Assembly: GCA_046563655.1 (NCBI GenBank)
Contig: CM102283.1
Span: 1,798,001-1,862,000 of the forward strand
DNA from: Yuukianura sp. NJ FZ-2021
Taxonomy: Eukaryota
DNA: 64,000 bases
Direction: 5' to 3'
The notes under the pieces are model-generated. The model had not been told where the DNA came from and did not search any database. It was given only the letters and a program-made list of their open reading frames with translations. Positions 34,367-47,805 of this stretch are shown here, piece by piece (position 1 is the first letter of the stretch; every line of letters begins with the position of its first letter). Made by a program: the position numbers and the translations under genes.

Positions 34367-37300
34367 ATGGCTGATGACAGCGGCCAACGACTTCTAGACG
34401 TAATCGGGTAAGAAAATACTCAATTACTGTAACTCTCCAGTTAACTTACTAATTGCTGCATTATGTAAACGTGAAACTTCCAATGGCTATTTTGTTTCTT
34501 TTCAGAGACCCATCTGCACTAGACGAATTTTTGGGAGCATTGACTTCTGACACAGTACCAGACAATGTAGTAGAATCTTTGGCTCGTTCCTTGGCCGCAG
34601 AGTTTGATAATGTGGACTCCCCAAACGAAGCACTCTTCGACTCCTCCTCTGCCAACCTAACAGACATCTCCCAGTCAACTGTTCCCTTTGACTTTGGATC
34701 CACCACTTCATCATCCAACGACCTTGAGCCCCACAACTCCTACCATCACTCTAGTAGGAGTAGTGATCTCATCTCCATCGACTACAAGTACAGTCATGCG
34801 CAATATAACACCGAAGTCTCCTTTACCAATTCCAATTCCACTGGACAGGCAGTCCAGCATCTCCACCACCACAATGGTCCGAATACTGCCGGAGAATCTA
34901 CCAACTCCACAGCATTTAAATCTTCCTCCAGTGCAACTTCCAGTTCCGAAGTCCTGTATAACCAAACGAACTGCAAGAGCGAACCTGTCACTACTCCGCA
35001 TGTACAGAATGAAGTTCATCCTAGTCTTTCTACCCCCGTGTCCGACAAGGTCACTCCATCGATCTCAGCTACCGTCGCCTCAACAGTTCAAGCGACATCA
35101 GCGACAGTGTCGCAGCAGAGGCCACACTTAGCCGAACCGACGCTAACTGCGGCCCAAACCAATGCTACGACGAATGGACCCACCCATGTCTATGTTACGA
35201 CCAGCACGGAGCAGACGCAGTATGCCAGTTTAGGACATTTGGTCCAAGCTCAACAAAATGCGGCAGTTTTGGCTGGAATGAATCAACAGCTTGCACTTAA
35301 TACTCAACAAGGAGCTAGTTTCATTATTGATCCAACTACTGGCCAGCCCATGATGGTCGCCGCGGGAGGAAACACTTTTGGAACAACGAATTTGCTTGTG
35401 GCCGGAGTTCAGCCGACGTATGCAATGCTTCCAGCACAAACATCTTTGTTTTCAAATGCAATCACGATGCAACCGCAGATTCAAGCGATCAAAACGGCAC
35501 ATGGAACGGCAGCGGGATTCATTCAGGCTACAACTACTGGAGTACAAAATGCTGGAAATTCTACTCAGACTCCAACAACTTCCAAACCGAAAGCTCCGCC
35601 TCAATTGTTACCGAAACCTAACGGGGGTGGAACGACTCCAACTTCAACGTCTTCTGATCATGTAGATCCGAATGCTGTTACGAACAGCGCTGGAACGACG
35701 AGCACTGGAAGCAATGTGGTGGTGACCAGTACAGGGTCGATCACTATGACAACGGAATCGCTGAGTCAGATTCTGCAGCAGCAGCAGGGGACGGTGACGA
35801 ATGCCGGCGGAGTGTCACTGGCTCAACCTTCGTTTGCAATAGGAGCTGGCGGTCAAGTGGTCCAAGTCTCTGGAATGCAGACTCTAAACAGCATTTCCGG
35901 TTCTCAAATTTTTATGAACCAAGTAAGTAAATCAATTGATTTTATATAAAATATAATATACATTAATGAATATTATACTTATTAAAATTATTTTTCTAGT
36001 TTGGCCAACAAATGATCGTTCCAACTGCAATGGGCCAAGGTGTCCAGTTTATTGTCCGTCAACAACCGCAGCCTCAAATGCTGACAATTCAAGCTCCAGC
36101 AGCATCAGCGCAACAAGCGACGACTGCTAACGGAAAAGTAGTTCGGTTTGTACAAGCAGCTGCCCCGGTGCCTCAAGTTACCCAGGTTTGAGCAATTTGA
36201 GTATTTTATCATATTTTAAAATTTTTGAAATCATTTTTTGAAAAATATCATTTTCTTTTAGAATTCAATTCAGTTACAACAAATCCAGACAGCACAAGGA
36301 ACTACGTGGGTAGCAGTACGTTCAGCTCCAGTTCAGCCTCAGCCAGTTGTGTCCATCCAGCCACCGTCCCCAGTTGTCGTCGCTGCTGCCAAAACCCCTA
36401 CTCCACCCCCACCCCCTCCAACTCCCCCTCAACCCCCACCCGTCGTTCAAGTTACAACAGACACAATCAGCGCCACTATTCAAAGTGTCATTGAGCGTCT
36501 CAAAAGTCCGTCTCCACCTCTCACCACAACAGTTCAGACGTCCACTCCAATTTTAAGCGTATCGGCAGAGAGTACTCCAGCCAGTGGCAGTACTACTGCT
36601 GACCATCAACCTCCGCCTAAAAAGAAGCCAAAGTACTCTAAAAAGAAGAAAGTAACGCTGGACTTGGAGCAGCTACTGAAACAATCGGGTATCATGGACG
36701 AAGACCTACAAGATGATACTGGGTTTAGTTTTGGAGATTTCTTCTCATCTCCGGCGGGAACAGCCGAGGAGAGTGGTGGTAGCCAATCAGAAGAGTCCAG
36801 TCAGCATAATGGAATCCACAATAATAATAACAATACAACAACACAAAAGGATTTCTATAAACCTAATGGAGCCACCGCTACTGCCGCTGTTCCATTTGTT
36901 CCTACTGTCCCACCGCACAGCCACATTCTCAAACCGTCAACAAAGTCCAAACAAAGAAAAAATGCTGTCAAGGTGGAGCCACCGCCGTCACCGTCACCTC
37001 CTGCCCCACTTCCTACAACACCGAAACAGCCGCCTAAGAAATCAAAAAAGAAAAGTCCAGCTACGCCTCTAACGAACATAAAACTTGAGCGTTCGAGTCC
37101 CCCTCCCGTGGATACTCCGCCAGCATCGCAGGTACCCCTAACTGTGAAGACTCCAGCGAAAAGTAAGAAAAAGAAGAAAAACGCTGCTGAAAGTCCGAGT
37201 GCTGGAGGAATCCTGAGTCCCAGCGTAACGTCCAATGTAACTGCCACTGTTACGCCGACAGTCACACCAAAAAAGTCGAAACCCAAGAAGAAAAAAGTTG

Positions 37301-40037
37301 AGGTCAAAGTTGAACCGGAGGAATGCGTTGAGTCGATGCAAAGTCCGGCAGCGGGACCGTTGGCAAGTATGACAGTATCTCCGGCTCCAGTTCCAGCTCA
37401 ACCGCGAAGAATAGTTCAAACGATTCAACTTACTCCGCAGAATCAAAATTTACTGAGAAACATTCAAGCACAAATTCAAAAACTGCTGTCGCTGACGACA
37501 AGGAACGAAGTAGAGGAGATGGCGCTACAGAAATTCATTTGTCTTCAAGCAGAAGTTATCAAAACGGGAACTCCGGTGCCGAATCCGCCGCATTTACAAA
37601 CGGTAAGTTTTTTGTTTAACGTGTTTAAAGTTTAAAGATTTTTGAAAATTTTGTCAAAGAAGAGTGTCACGATTCAACTGTGAAGCACAAAGTTAGACGA
37701 TTTGCGTTTAAGATGATTTTGCATTTCTCGATTTATATTTCAATTTCAAACTTTCCAATTTTCAAAATTTCTCCGATTTATTATTATTTTTGGTTGCATG
37801 TTTTTTTTTCAAAAATGTTTTCAATTTTCAATCTGTTATTAATTTATCTCAAATTTTCGTGAATTTTCATCAGTTTCATTGTTTCCTGATTTTTTATCCT
37901 TCCTCAAAATTTCCTTCCACTTTGTTCTTGTTTGATTTTTTTTTGTCTTTTTTGTTTCTGGTGCACTCACACGCTTACGCTTGCTCTCAATTTTTATGAT
38001 TTACTAATTTACAATAGTTATTTAATTAGTTTTTAGTATTTCTGCACTACTTTTGAGTAAAATGGTTGGGTAGAGGGAAAACTTTGGAATTTGGATTGGG
38101 ATTATCTGTAAATCGTAATTTGGGAATTTTTAAGAATTTTTTGCTTGACTAAAACCCGTTTGCAGCTCAACGCTACTTCTGCCGCTCCTGCATCTGCGTC
38201 CACTTCCGTCGGTCCGACTGTCCAAGTGAAGCTGAATGGGAGTTTAACCACGGTGACCGAAAACGGAGGAATGTCGAATGGCGTTAGCACGAAATGCCCC
38301 GTGTCAAGTAGCCTAAACAATAACCAACCTCCTCCACTGATTAACAAATCTTGTGGCAATGGCAAAGTACTCATGACTACCACCAACTCTAACTCGTCGC
38401 TGGGTGACATCGGAGATGGTGCTGGCAGTACAACTGAATCCCAGAAAGTATTTGTGGTGAGCCAGGCAGCAGCAACTGTGGCAGCATCAGTTGACCAAGA
38501 TCTACTACTCCCTTCCGGTGACGACGAGGTAAGGTTAACGCTGAAAGCAAAAATAAGTAAGCTTTGGGCTAAAAATTCTTTGCACCTTGACCTTGGAATT
38601 TATCCTGAATTTGTTTTTCCCCGCCTTTGTCGCTGTTGGTGTCCGTTGTCCGAACCTTAAAATTCTGTCTCCAACTTTCCGAAAAACTGAAACTGATGAT
38701 TTTTGATTTTACACTGCAGGGAAACCATTTTTCAGTTGAGATTTTGAAAGTTTAGTGTGAAATTTCATTTTTTCAAGAAACTCGGTTTGGTTTATTTCAA
38801 ATGGACTTTTTTAAGTAATATTTTTTTTTGATATGCAGATGACGAGTAGTGCGGGAAACATAATTCCGACGACGACGATATCCATGTCTGTTCCAGGACG
38901 AGGGATGAACAACGGACTGAGTAATGGAGTTTACTACAATTCGCTGGACAGTGATGTAGGATTTATAGACGAAAAGAGGCTGGAAGAGCAGATGATGGCT
39001 CGACTGGAAATAGAAGAAGAAGCAAGGATTCAGTGGCGGAAAGAGGAGTAAGTTTGGCATTAAAAACTGAAAAACTTGAAAAAGGCGGGATTTGTGATGA
39101 ATTTTGTTGTACTTTTCAGATTTGAGAAGCGACTAGCTCAGGACCACCAATTTTTCCTGAATCCAGAGCACATGAGACCATTTTCGTCACTGGGCGACGT
39201 AGCGGAGAGATTTTTGCATTATCACGTAGCACGTGACACGGCGGAAATTACTTTTGAAGAGTTCGATGAGGATTTTGCAGAAACTTCCTGCCAGTTACTG
39301 AACAAATTTACTGGAATGCTGTCCAAGTACCGTGCCTTACTCCTCAAAGAATCCATGGTTCGTATTGCGTAACATTTGTGAATAAGATCACAACATTTGA
39401 AATAATTTTCGAAAAAGAAATGTCGCTAGGAATAGTAATTTTGAATTCCTTTTTAGAATGATGTGGAGTGCGCTGAAAGTGTGATGCTTGAGCGGATGTT
39501 TGTGGCAGAAGAGAGACTGAAGTTGGAACACGACCGGGGTTTAGTACAACAAGGAGAAAGTAAGCTGAAAATTTGAAATTTCACAAAATGCGAATTGTGT
39601 TTTTGTAGCTGTTTTGATATTTTCAACTAACTTTCTTTCTGGCTTAGTTTTAGAGTTACCGCCGCCACCACCGAGTTGGGTACCAAGAATCCGTCAAATG
39701 GTTGAGGCCGAGATGAAGGAAATGGAGCGGGACTCCTTGGCGAACCAGCAAGTTCAGTCAGCAATAGACTCCATAATGTCCTTCGAACCTAACGGAACCA
39801 ACCTCCCTGTGACTGACGACAAAGAAAAGGTAATTGAAGATTTGCAAATTGGCGCCATTTTTGGCCAAATACAATGATTGAAACCTGGATTTGCCTGGAT
39901 TTGAATTGAATTTTGAAAACTGACTGAATCAGATCGAGTACGATGCCTTTGGTGTTCCAATTTCAACTTCAAACTACAACAATCTCAATTCCTCTTCTGC
40001 CGATATTGATGAAGCCGTTCGTTCCATTCTTCTGTAA
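34367..40037 (+). CDS. BICRA/GLTSCR1-like ncBAF subunit
   Basis: N-terminus MADDSGQRLLDVIG|DPSALDEFL and a long low-complexity middle. GLTSCR1 domain PFSSLGDVAERFLHYHV...MLSKYRALLLKESM...VMLERMFVAEE, then QSAIDSI and DEAVRSILL*. Confidence 0.85.
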
Positions 40038-41095
40038 CATCTCGACCAATCAGAGAAGAGGTCCAGCAGGACTGACCAATCATAGATCCTGTCAGACACT
40101 CCAGACCAATCAAACACGGTTTCAAAACGCATTTCTGGCTGACCAATCAGAGATCGGATCAGACAGGATTGGCCAATCCGAATGTTGGAAACGTCTTTTC
40201 ACATGCGCAATGAAGAAAAAAGACAAAGACTGTCAACCTTTTACTACAAACAAATGGAATCGGCTTCCTCCAACCAAAATCCAACCAGACTAAATCTACT
40301 TCTTTAACTTAAGGTTATAAAATTTAATTAGTTCTAGAGAAAAATTTTAAAATAAGAAATGGAATCGTGTGATAATTTTAAACCTGTATTTTTACATTTG
40401 AAAAAAATGAAAAAGTGAACTTAATTATGTTTCGTAAAAATTTAAAAACTGTCGGGAAAAGTGTGCTCTTCTGAAATAGAATTTGAATCTAGAGCTTAAG
40501 TTCTAGGTCAAAGTGGTCAATTTTTGTAGTATTATTATTGTTTAGTTAAATCAACAATAAGTTGTTAGTATTATTATAAATATTTACTGTTAGTTTGGTT
40601 ATTACACGTGAGCCAGGGCTTTCCTATATTCATCATATACAATTTTATTTACCATAATTATTATTTTAAAGTTTAATTATGTTAATAGTTTTTGGTTTAT
40701 CTTAATATTTAGTTTGATCATTGTTAAATTTTGTAATGTGGTTTATTTACAGTTAATTTGTTTCAACTTTTAAAGAAATTGTCACAAAAGGCTAAAAACT
40801 AAAAAGCAAAACATTGTGAAGCTAAGTTAAGCATTTTTTCCTGTTTTTGTTAGACGATTTTTCGTATTTGTGTTTTAAAAACAAAAAACAGCCGTCAACT
40901 ATCATCATCTAGTGCACTTTAGTGACTCAAAATTAAAAACGAAGATCACTTTTTAATTAATCTGCGAGTTTTCGACAAGGTCAACCATGTACTCATTTTT
41001 CGGACTCCATTCTGTGCGGCCAAATCGGAACAGAATTTTACACCGTCGCGAGTAGAGTTGAGTCAGTGCTCTTAAATCCATTTATAGTGTATAAC

Positions 41096-41682
41096 CAGTG
41101 TTGGTGGATATCCACTTTTTAGCATTTCATCCAGGATATATCCACTGGATAAATGGATAAATCCGGATGAAATCCAGTTTCCGATGGACGAAATTCAATT
41201 TCGTCCGGAAGAAACCAAAAAAATCCGGATATATCCACCACTTTCGACGGGAGTGGAAGAAATATTTTATCCATCTACCAATACTGTGTGTATAACCTTC
41301 AGTGTTCCTGGATGCTTAAACGTCCAGTGGGTTAATTGCCACTTCCACTGGATGAAATATACCCCAAATGGACGAAACTATTATTGGATGGATGAAATCA
41401 CAAATCTAGCGCAGAATTTAAAAACTCAAATTTATAATGAGAAAATAATATCAAACCCCGTTTCTATCACCGTTAAAATTAATTGTTTAAAAGCCTTATT
41501 CAAAAACGATATTTTATCCTTTTTTCTACTGTATTTTCATTTTTTTAACGCTATTGTATTTAATTAATTCAAACCCTGCGGGCAGAGCTCCGGCCCTTTG
41601 GATTCATCCGTTTCGTCCATTTCTTCCACTGGATATCCAGCCGTGGATGAAATGTCGAAAAATTGAATATCCAGCAACAGTG
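41096..41682. mobile_element. Two adjacent CAGTG-ended MITE-like repeats rich in TGGATATCCA
   Basis: IR pairs at about 41096-41286 and 41300-41682. A related fragment lies inverted at ~19790-19939 inside the Transib. TSD not clean. Confidence 0.6.
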
Positions 41683-41946
41683 ATAAGCCTGATAACACTG
41701 ATAACTGTGATAACATTTTAGAGACTACTTACTTGACGTATATTTTTTTTCGACAAAAGCAAACAGTTACAACAGATTACCATTGGGATTTATCATTTTT
41801 CATTCCCTTCCGATTTTCGTTTTAACCAAACCTGTGTTTTCTTTTGTCAGTTACAGCATTCTAATTTAGAATTTCTAAACCAATGTTTGTCAACCTAAAT
41901 CTGTTTGGATCTTGGTGATTTTGAAAAAGAAATTTTAGTAGCGGAA

Positions 41947-44900
41947 ATGGCTACTCCACGTTCAAACGCTAAGGTAAGAAAAAATCTTGGCTAGATGTTA
42001 ATTTAAAAGATTCATCTAAAACTCATTTTAAAATTGAGTTTTTTGTTTTCCCTTTTTGAAATTTTGATAATTTAGAACTCTTTTGAGGACATGAAAGCAG
42101 CACTGAAATTTTTATTTGAAGAGGAATACTACTCGAAACAATTCGGACTACAGAAATGTATTCCCAATGAAGAGGACTTTGGACTTTATGTTCCATTGAA
42201 AACTACGCAGAAGAAAGATGGCGGTTCTGAGGCCATTGACTTGCAGCAGAAAATTTTGGAAAATATTTCTAGCCCTGTTGGTCCTCTGTCAACCCTTGTC
42301 TTAGGAGACTCTGGAACTGGAAAGTCATGGTTAGCTCTAAAATTGACAAAGCATTTGTACGACTCCTCTCAAGAACAATTTCAAAACAAAATTCCTCTCT
42401 ACATTCCGTTGGGCAAAATTGAAAGTATGAGGAAGGAACTACCAAGTAGTTCCAAAAATGACATTTTGTGGAGCTACATAAAATTTTATAGTGATTCCTT
42501 AGGCTTAGATTCTGACTTGTTTGAAAAATTTTATACAAAATTGTGCAAAGCTGAGCTGATTCTAATCTTGGATGGATTTGACGAACTTGAAGTCAAGGTC
42601 AATCTCTGGGAAACAAACGAGTGGACAAGCGATAAGTTTAGCGATAGGCTTTGTACAATTGTATTTTGCCGCCCAAGTGCACTTTTGGATATTGACTTTT
42701 CAGAAATGTTTGGATTCTATAAGAATAGAGATAAACATATCCCTGATCGATATAATATTTCACTTCTAGATAAAAATGTTGTTGAAAACTATGTTAGACA
42801 GGTACCACAGTTTTTAAGTAAAATTAGGTATGATGAGAATTATGAAAGCCAAAATATGAGAGACCCAACTTGGATGATGACAAAGTCCGTTACTTCAAAA
42901 CATTGCAAGTGGGAATCAAATGGAGAGGATTCAGAGTACGAAGATTGGTTCTTTGTTAAATTGCCTGAACTACAAAGATTGGCCAGAAACATTTATATTC
43001 TAAAAATAATATGTCAACTGCTGCCAAAATTAGTCGAGGACGAGAGAATACGTACGGGGCAAAATAAGACAAATGACGAATTTATGGACAAATTGGAAGA
43101 AATTTGTAGAACGGAGGTTCTTCTCTATGACAAATTTACAGAGGCTTGGTTTACATATCAAGTAGATAAATTCAAACTAAAACCGTATGCAATTCAAAAC
43201 GTACAAGAAACATGTGCTAATTCTGTTTCTGATATTAAAAGTGTTCTTGTTCATTACATGGTTGGTTACGCTCAAAATCTAGCCATGCGAACTGCTCGTC
43301 TCAAAGCTGGAAAAATTTCAAACGGTGAAATTCTAGCATCGGAAACTTTGTATTGGAATCTTTGGACTCCTTGGAATCCAAACTCTGAAACTTTTTCTAG
43401 AGATAGGAAATTAGAAGACGAACTATTTCCAAACAATGAGAATGATACAGATGAGCATCGAGCTGCAAATCTCCAATATTTGAGAGATTCTTGTCTCTTG
43501 CGATGTAGTTCAGACAATCGAAGTTTCAGTTTTATACATTTGTCTCTCTTTGAATATTTTTTGAGTAGAGAAGTTTTTGAAAAATTTCGTGGTGCACTAA
43601 ATTATTATTCAAATTGGGAACGGAGACTGGCAAATGATTTGTATTTTCCAATCAATCAAAGAAATATTAATGATTCAGAATTTATTGGTATTTTGTCCAA
43701 TCTTGTTGGCAGAGCTAAAGTAGACAAAAATTTTCAAACACTTTTATTAGAAACTGTTAAAAAGTCTGCTACACTTCCAGGAATAGAGCAAATGGCTTCC
43801 AATGCTTTGACAATACTTAATTTAAGTGGGTACAGTTTTTCTGGAAAAATGACAGAGGATGACAATTTTCAAAATATTCAAGTGCCTGGAACCAATTTTC
43901 AAAATTCTATATGTGGTAATAGTGATTTCAGTGGAGCAAATTTGAAAGGTTCAAAATTTAGTCAAGGGTGGTTCCAAGGCTGTAAATTCCAAGGTGTGAA
44001 CTTTTCCAAGTGTTCATTTGGACAAATTGCTCCGATTAGTCTAGCTTCGAAAACTTGTCGTGTACTGGACATTCTATGTTACGCCGCAGATGAATTTTAT
44101 TATGTAGTCGTGTGTTACTATGAACTGTGCAGAACTGAAAAAGAGATTGATTTGTACATAAGAAACTACAAGCTTACCATAGATTTTGAAGAACAAGATT
44201 GCGAACTGATTTGTCTACAACAACAAATGGAGTATAAATACTTTTTCCAGTATTTCTTGACCAAAGGATCTGGAAGTGGAACTGTATTTCTGTTCATTTT
44301 CAGTGATACTAAAATACAGTTGGGCGAGGCCCATATTAACACAAAAGTTCCTAAATATTGGTACGAATTCAATTTCAACTCCAAATTGGCTTCTAATGAA
44401 ACAAACCTGCCCGCTTTCGACCGGGATTCTTTCTTGTCTTTTATGAACTCATCAAAATATGCACAAAAGTTTATCCTGTTCTGTTCAACAAATAGAAACC
44501 CAGAATTTTGTGACAAGGAAAGATTCAACCGTGAAGCAGCACGTAGGGAATTTCCTGAGAAGACAAAGCTGTACTGCAACAAATATTTTTGGATGCCTTT
44601 TGGAAACATCAAACTTCTCGTTTTCGTTGGCTATGAAGGGTTAACACATTTTACAGATGCCAACATTTTGGATAATATCAAAAACGTGACTTTGTTACAT
44701 ACTGGAAAACCTATTGTTGTACTACAAGAAAGAAGTTGTTTTGAAATTTTCTGGCAAACAGTTCAATCAGGTACACTATATTTGGAAGAAATTCTGGAAT
44801 ATAATTATGGAAGTTGTTACAACGGAAACTCGCTTCTATGTTTTTCAGTTAACGGTGGAAATAATTATTTCTTTGACTTATTAAACGACACGTTTATCGA

Positions 44901-47043
44901 TGTATTTGAGACGCCAGGATACTCTTCGAAATATCAACTTTTACGGAAATCACCTACTCAACAAATTATTTATTCTGACATTCAAGTCGTCAGCTTCAAG
45001 GAGCATAAATTCCAATGGAAATTGGATTCTGTCGTACGTCCTGTTGTTTATAGAATTTCTGAGAACCTGGATTTTGTTGTAAAATTAAGGGATGCGCTTA
45101 TTGAAGTATTTAATGTTGAGACTGGAATGTTATGCCAAAATGTAGTCAAAGATGCGAACACTCCTGCTACTTTCCTGAGTACAAAACACGGTACTGCTAT
45201 AACCTCTTATTTACTATATTTTTATCAAAGATCTTTACATTTTGAAAAACTGGAGCCAATATGGGATTCTACAAAGGAAATTGTAGTTCCCAAGGCATAT
45301 CCAACGAGGAAGTACTTCTCAGACGATGGACTTCTGTGTGTTCATGTTAAAGAAGAACGCAGTTCCTTTTCATTGGAGTTTTATTTTTCTAAAGATAATG
45401 ATAAATTTTGCAAAAATTTTGTACGTTGCTTTGAGATTGATATCAATTTTTTCCCTATTGATCATGCCGTCCTAATAACGAAAAACAAGCTAGTCATCTT
45501 TTATCACTATATCCAATCTCTAGATACAAAGAAAGAAGGGTTTAAGAAGTCCTCAGGATTTGATGAGCATTTCCTGATTGCCTATGATGCACAGAGTAGA
45601 CTCCAAGTTCAAATAGATGGTATCCCGTACGAAAAAATGTCATCCAGAAAATATGTAACCCATATTTCGCCAATCCAGACTTGTCAAAAACTGATTGTAG
45701 ATTATGATCACGAGTTGAGCATTTATGCTGTTGAAGAATTTCCTCTCGTAGGTAAAATGAGTTTGCAGCTGCTATACAGTTTTCCATTTAGAGGCGTTAT
45801 TGGTCGCCCATTGGTTGTACTTGATCCAAATTTTGAAAATTTAGTTTACATTTTCTCTAAGAGTAAAAGGATACATAATAAAAATTTTCAATTTTTGGAT
45901 CTGAACAAAAATACAGGCGAAGAACTAACCATCAACTGTAGCGAAAGATCTGACAACACAGCTACGAAAACAAAAAATTTATCGACAGTTCTATTTCCAG
46001 ATAAAATCGTTGTTGGTTACCGTGATTCAGGTACTTTCTACACAGTTCGTGCCATGCCATACAAAGAATTCGGTGTAGAAAATCCCGTACACGTCGTACC
46101 ATCCACAAAATTAGGTTGGATTGTATCTCAGTTTCCGAATGGGGATTTACATATTATAGAATCAATCAAACTAAAAACATTACTTGTTTTGCACGGATTC
46201 CATCCTGGCTGTAAATTGCACATAGTTGACCAAAATTCTAAACAAGTTCGCATTATATTGTTCGATTTGAGTCCACATTTAGCTTTTATTACTATCAATG
46301 CTGATTCTCTAAGAGAATATTTCGAAAAAGGTGGTTTGGAGAAATTCAAAGATTGGAAAGTTGATAGAAGTGTTGCTAGCTCGATACTCTCGTTGAAGGA
46401 AGTCGATATTTCGTATTCAAGATATTTGAACAAAAGTGATAAGTCACTGTTTGAATTTCATAGTCCGGTTGGGTCTCCAGCTGAGAACGAATACTATCGC
46501 CCATTTTGTAATTTGTTTCTACCTGTGACAAACTATGCACATTCTATTTTGAAAGTAGACAATGCACAGCCATGTGATTTGACTCAATTCTGGACAGTGA
46601 CTATCATTGCTAAAAAGCAAAAAATTAAACTATTTAAGAAAACAATGTATACTGCTACAAAACGACATTCAGCATTGGTAGTTGAAGGGATTATGCACGG
46701 AGGGCATTTCATCATTAGAGCTGAATTGACGCGACCTACTAAAGACATTGTACAAATTGAATGCCAGTCGTACCGAGGTAAAGTAAACTATGAGGAAATT
46801 ATACACAAATATTATGGAAAGCAAATTCAAGTGGATCCAGCAAAAGGTTTGAAGCTGTTGAAAAATATTTGGGTAGATACATACAATCCACAGTGGAAAT
46901 ATGATTTGCGATTTCACAACTGCAATACTTGGATTAAGAAGAAACTTGAAATATTGGGTTTCGGAAATGAATTTGACTCTAAAGCGTATAGATTCTTTCT
47001 TAGTCTTCCACAAGATTTTAAATTAGAAAAGTTTAAAATATAA
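41947..47043 (+). CDS. NLR-like protein copy 1: NACHT - pentapeptide repeats - putative beta-propeller - putative permuted papain-like domain
   Basis: A 27-nt exon 1 plus one ~5-kb exon starting at 42076. Walker A GDSGTGKS, Walker B LILDGFDE, FIHLSLFEYF, ASNALTIL plus pentapeptides, and C-terminal HSALVVEG...YDLRFHNCNTW. Confidence 0.88.
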
Positions 47044-47805
47044 GATGGTCGAAAAGAAGAAATTAATTAATAGACTTACAATATTTCTGTAAACTATAGT
47101 TTTTAGTAAGCTTTGCGGTAAAAATAGTCATTCTTTTTAATCATATTACAATTTCTTTGTTTACGTACCTTGATTTTAGTGCCTCAAAATTAAATACGAA
47201 GATCATTTTTTAACTACCTAGTTTTTTGAAAACTCTTTCCGAATAAAAATCTGCTAAGATTTTTTTTTTCTCTTAGACGTTGAACGATGTCATCGCTCAT
47301 GCTACGCGCGTGAACATCTCTGAAACCACTGGACCGATTTTCAATGTCTTCACAGATAAAGCGCACAGGATTGGGGGTGACAAATCCAGTTTCGGTTTGA
47401 CCGGAAGTGAGCAATATTATTTCCACTCATCATTCTGCGCGGCCAAATCCGAACAGAATCACACCCCCACCAGATGAGTCAGTTCTAACTTCATTTATTG
47501 TGTATAGCCGTGTTCCAAAACACTTCAGTTTACCTTTTAGAAGCCACTTTTAGTTTTTGTGATAATGTCAGCAGAACGTATGATCATTGGGATTTATCAA
47601 TGATAAATGATAAAAGAATGGGAGGTGAATGATAAATTAACATTCACCTCCCTATTTTCTTTTTAGCCAAACCTTCGTTTGCTTTTGTAAACTGAAACTC
47701 CGTAAAACTTTTGTAAGCTGTAAGATCAAAATTTTACAAAAAGTGTTAAATCTGTTTGTACCTTGTTGATTTTCAAGAGGGTACGTACGTAGTTTAGAAG
47801 CTGAA

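Noticed and set aside
36855-37307. Antisense and alternative-frame ORFs over BICRA, XAB2, CYP and the NLRs
   Set aside because: They are shadows of real coding exons or low-complexity sequence.
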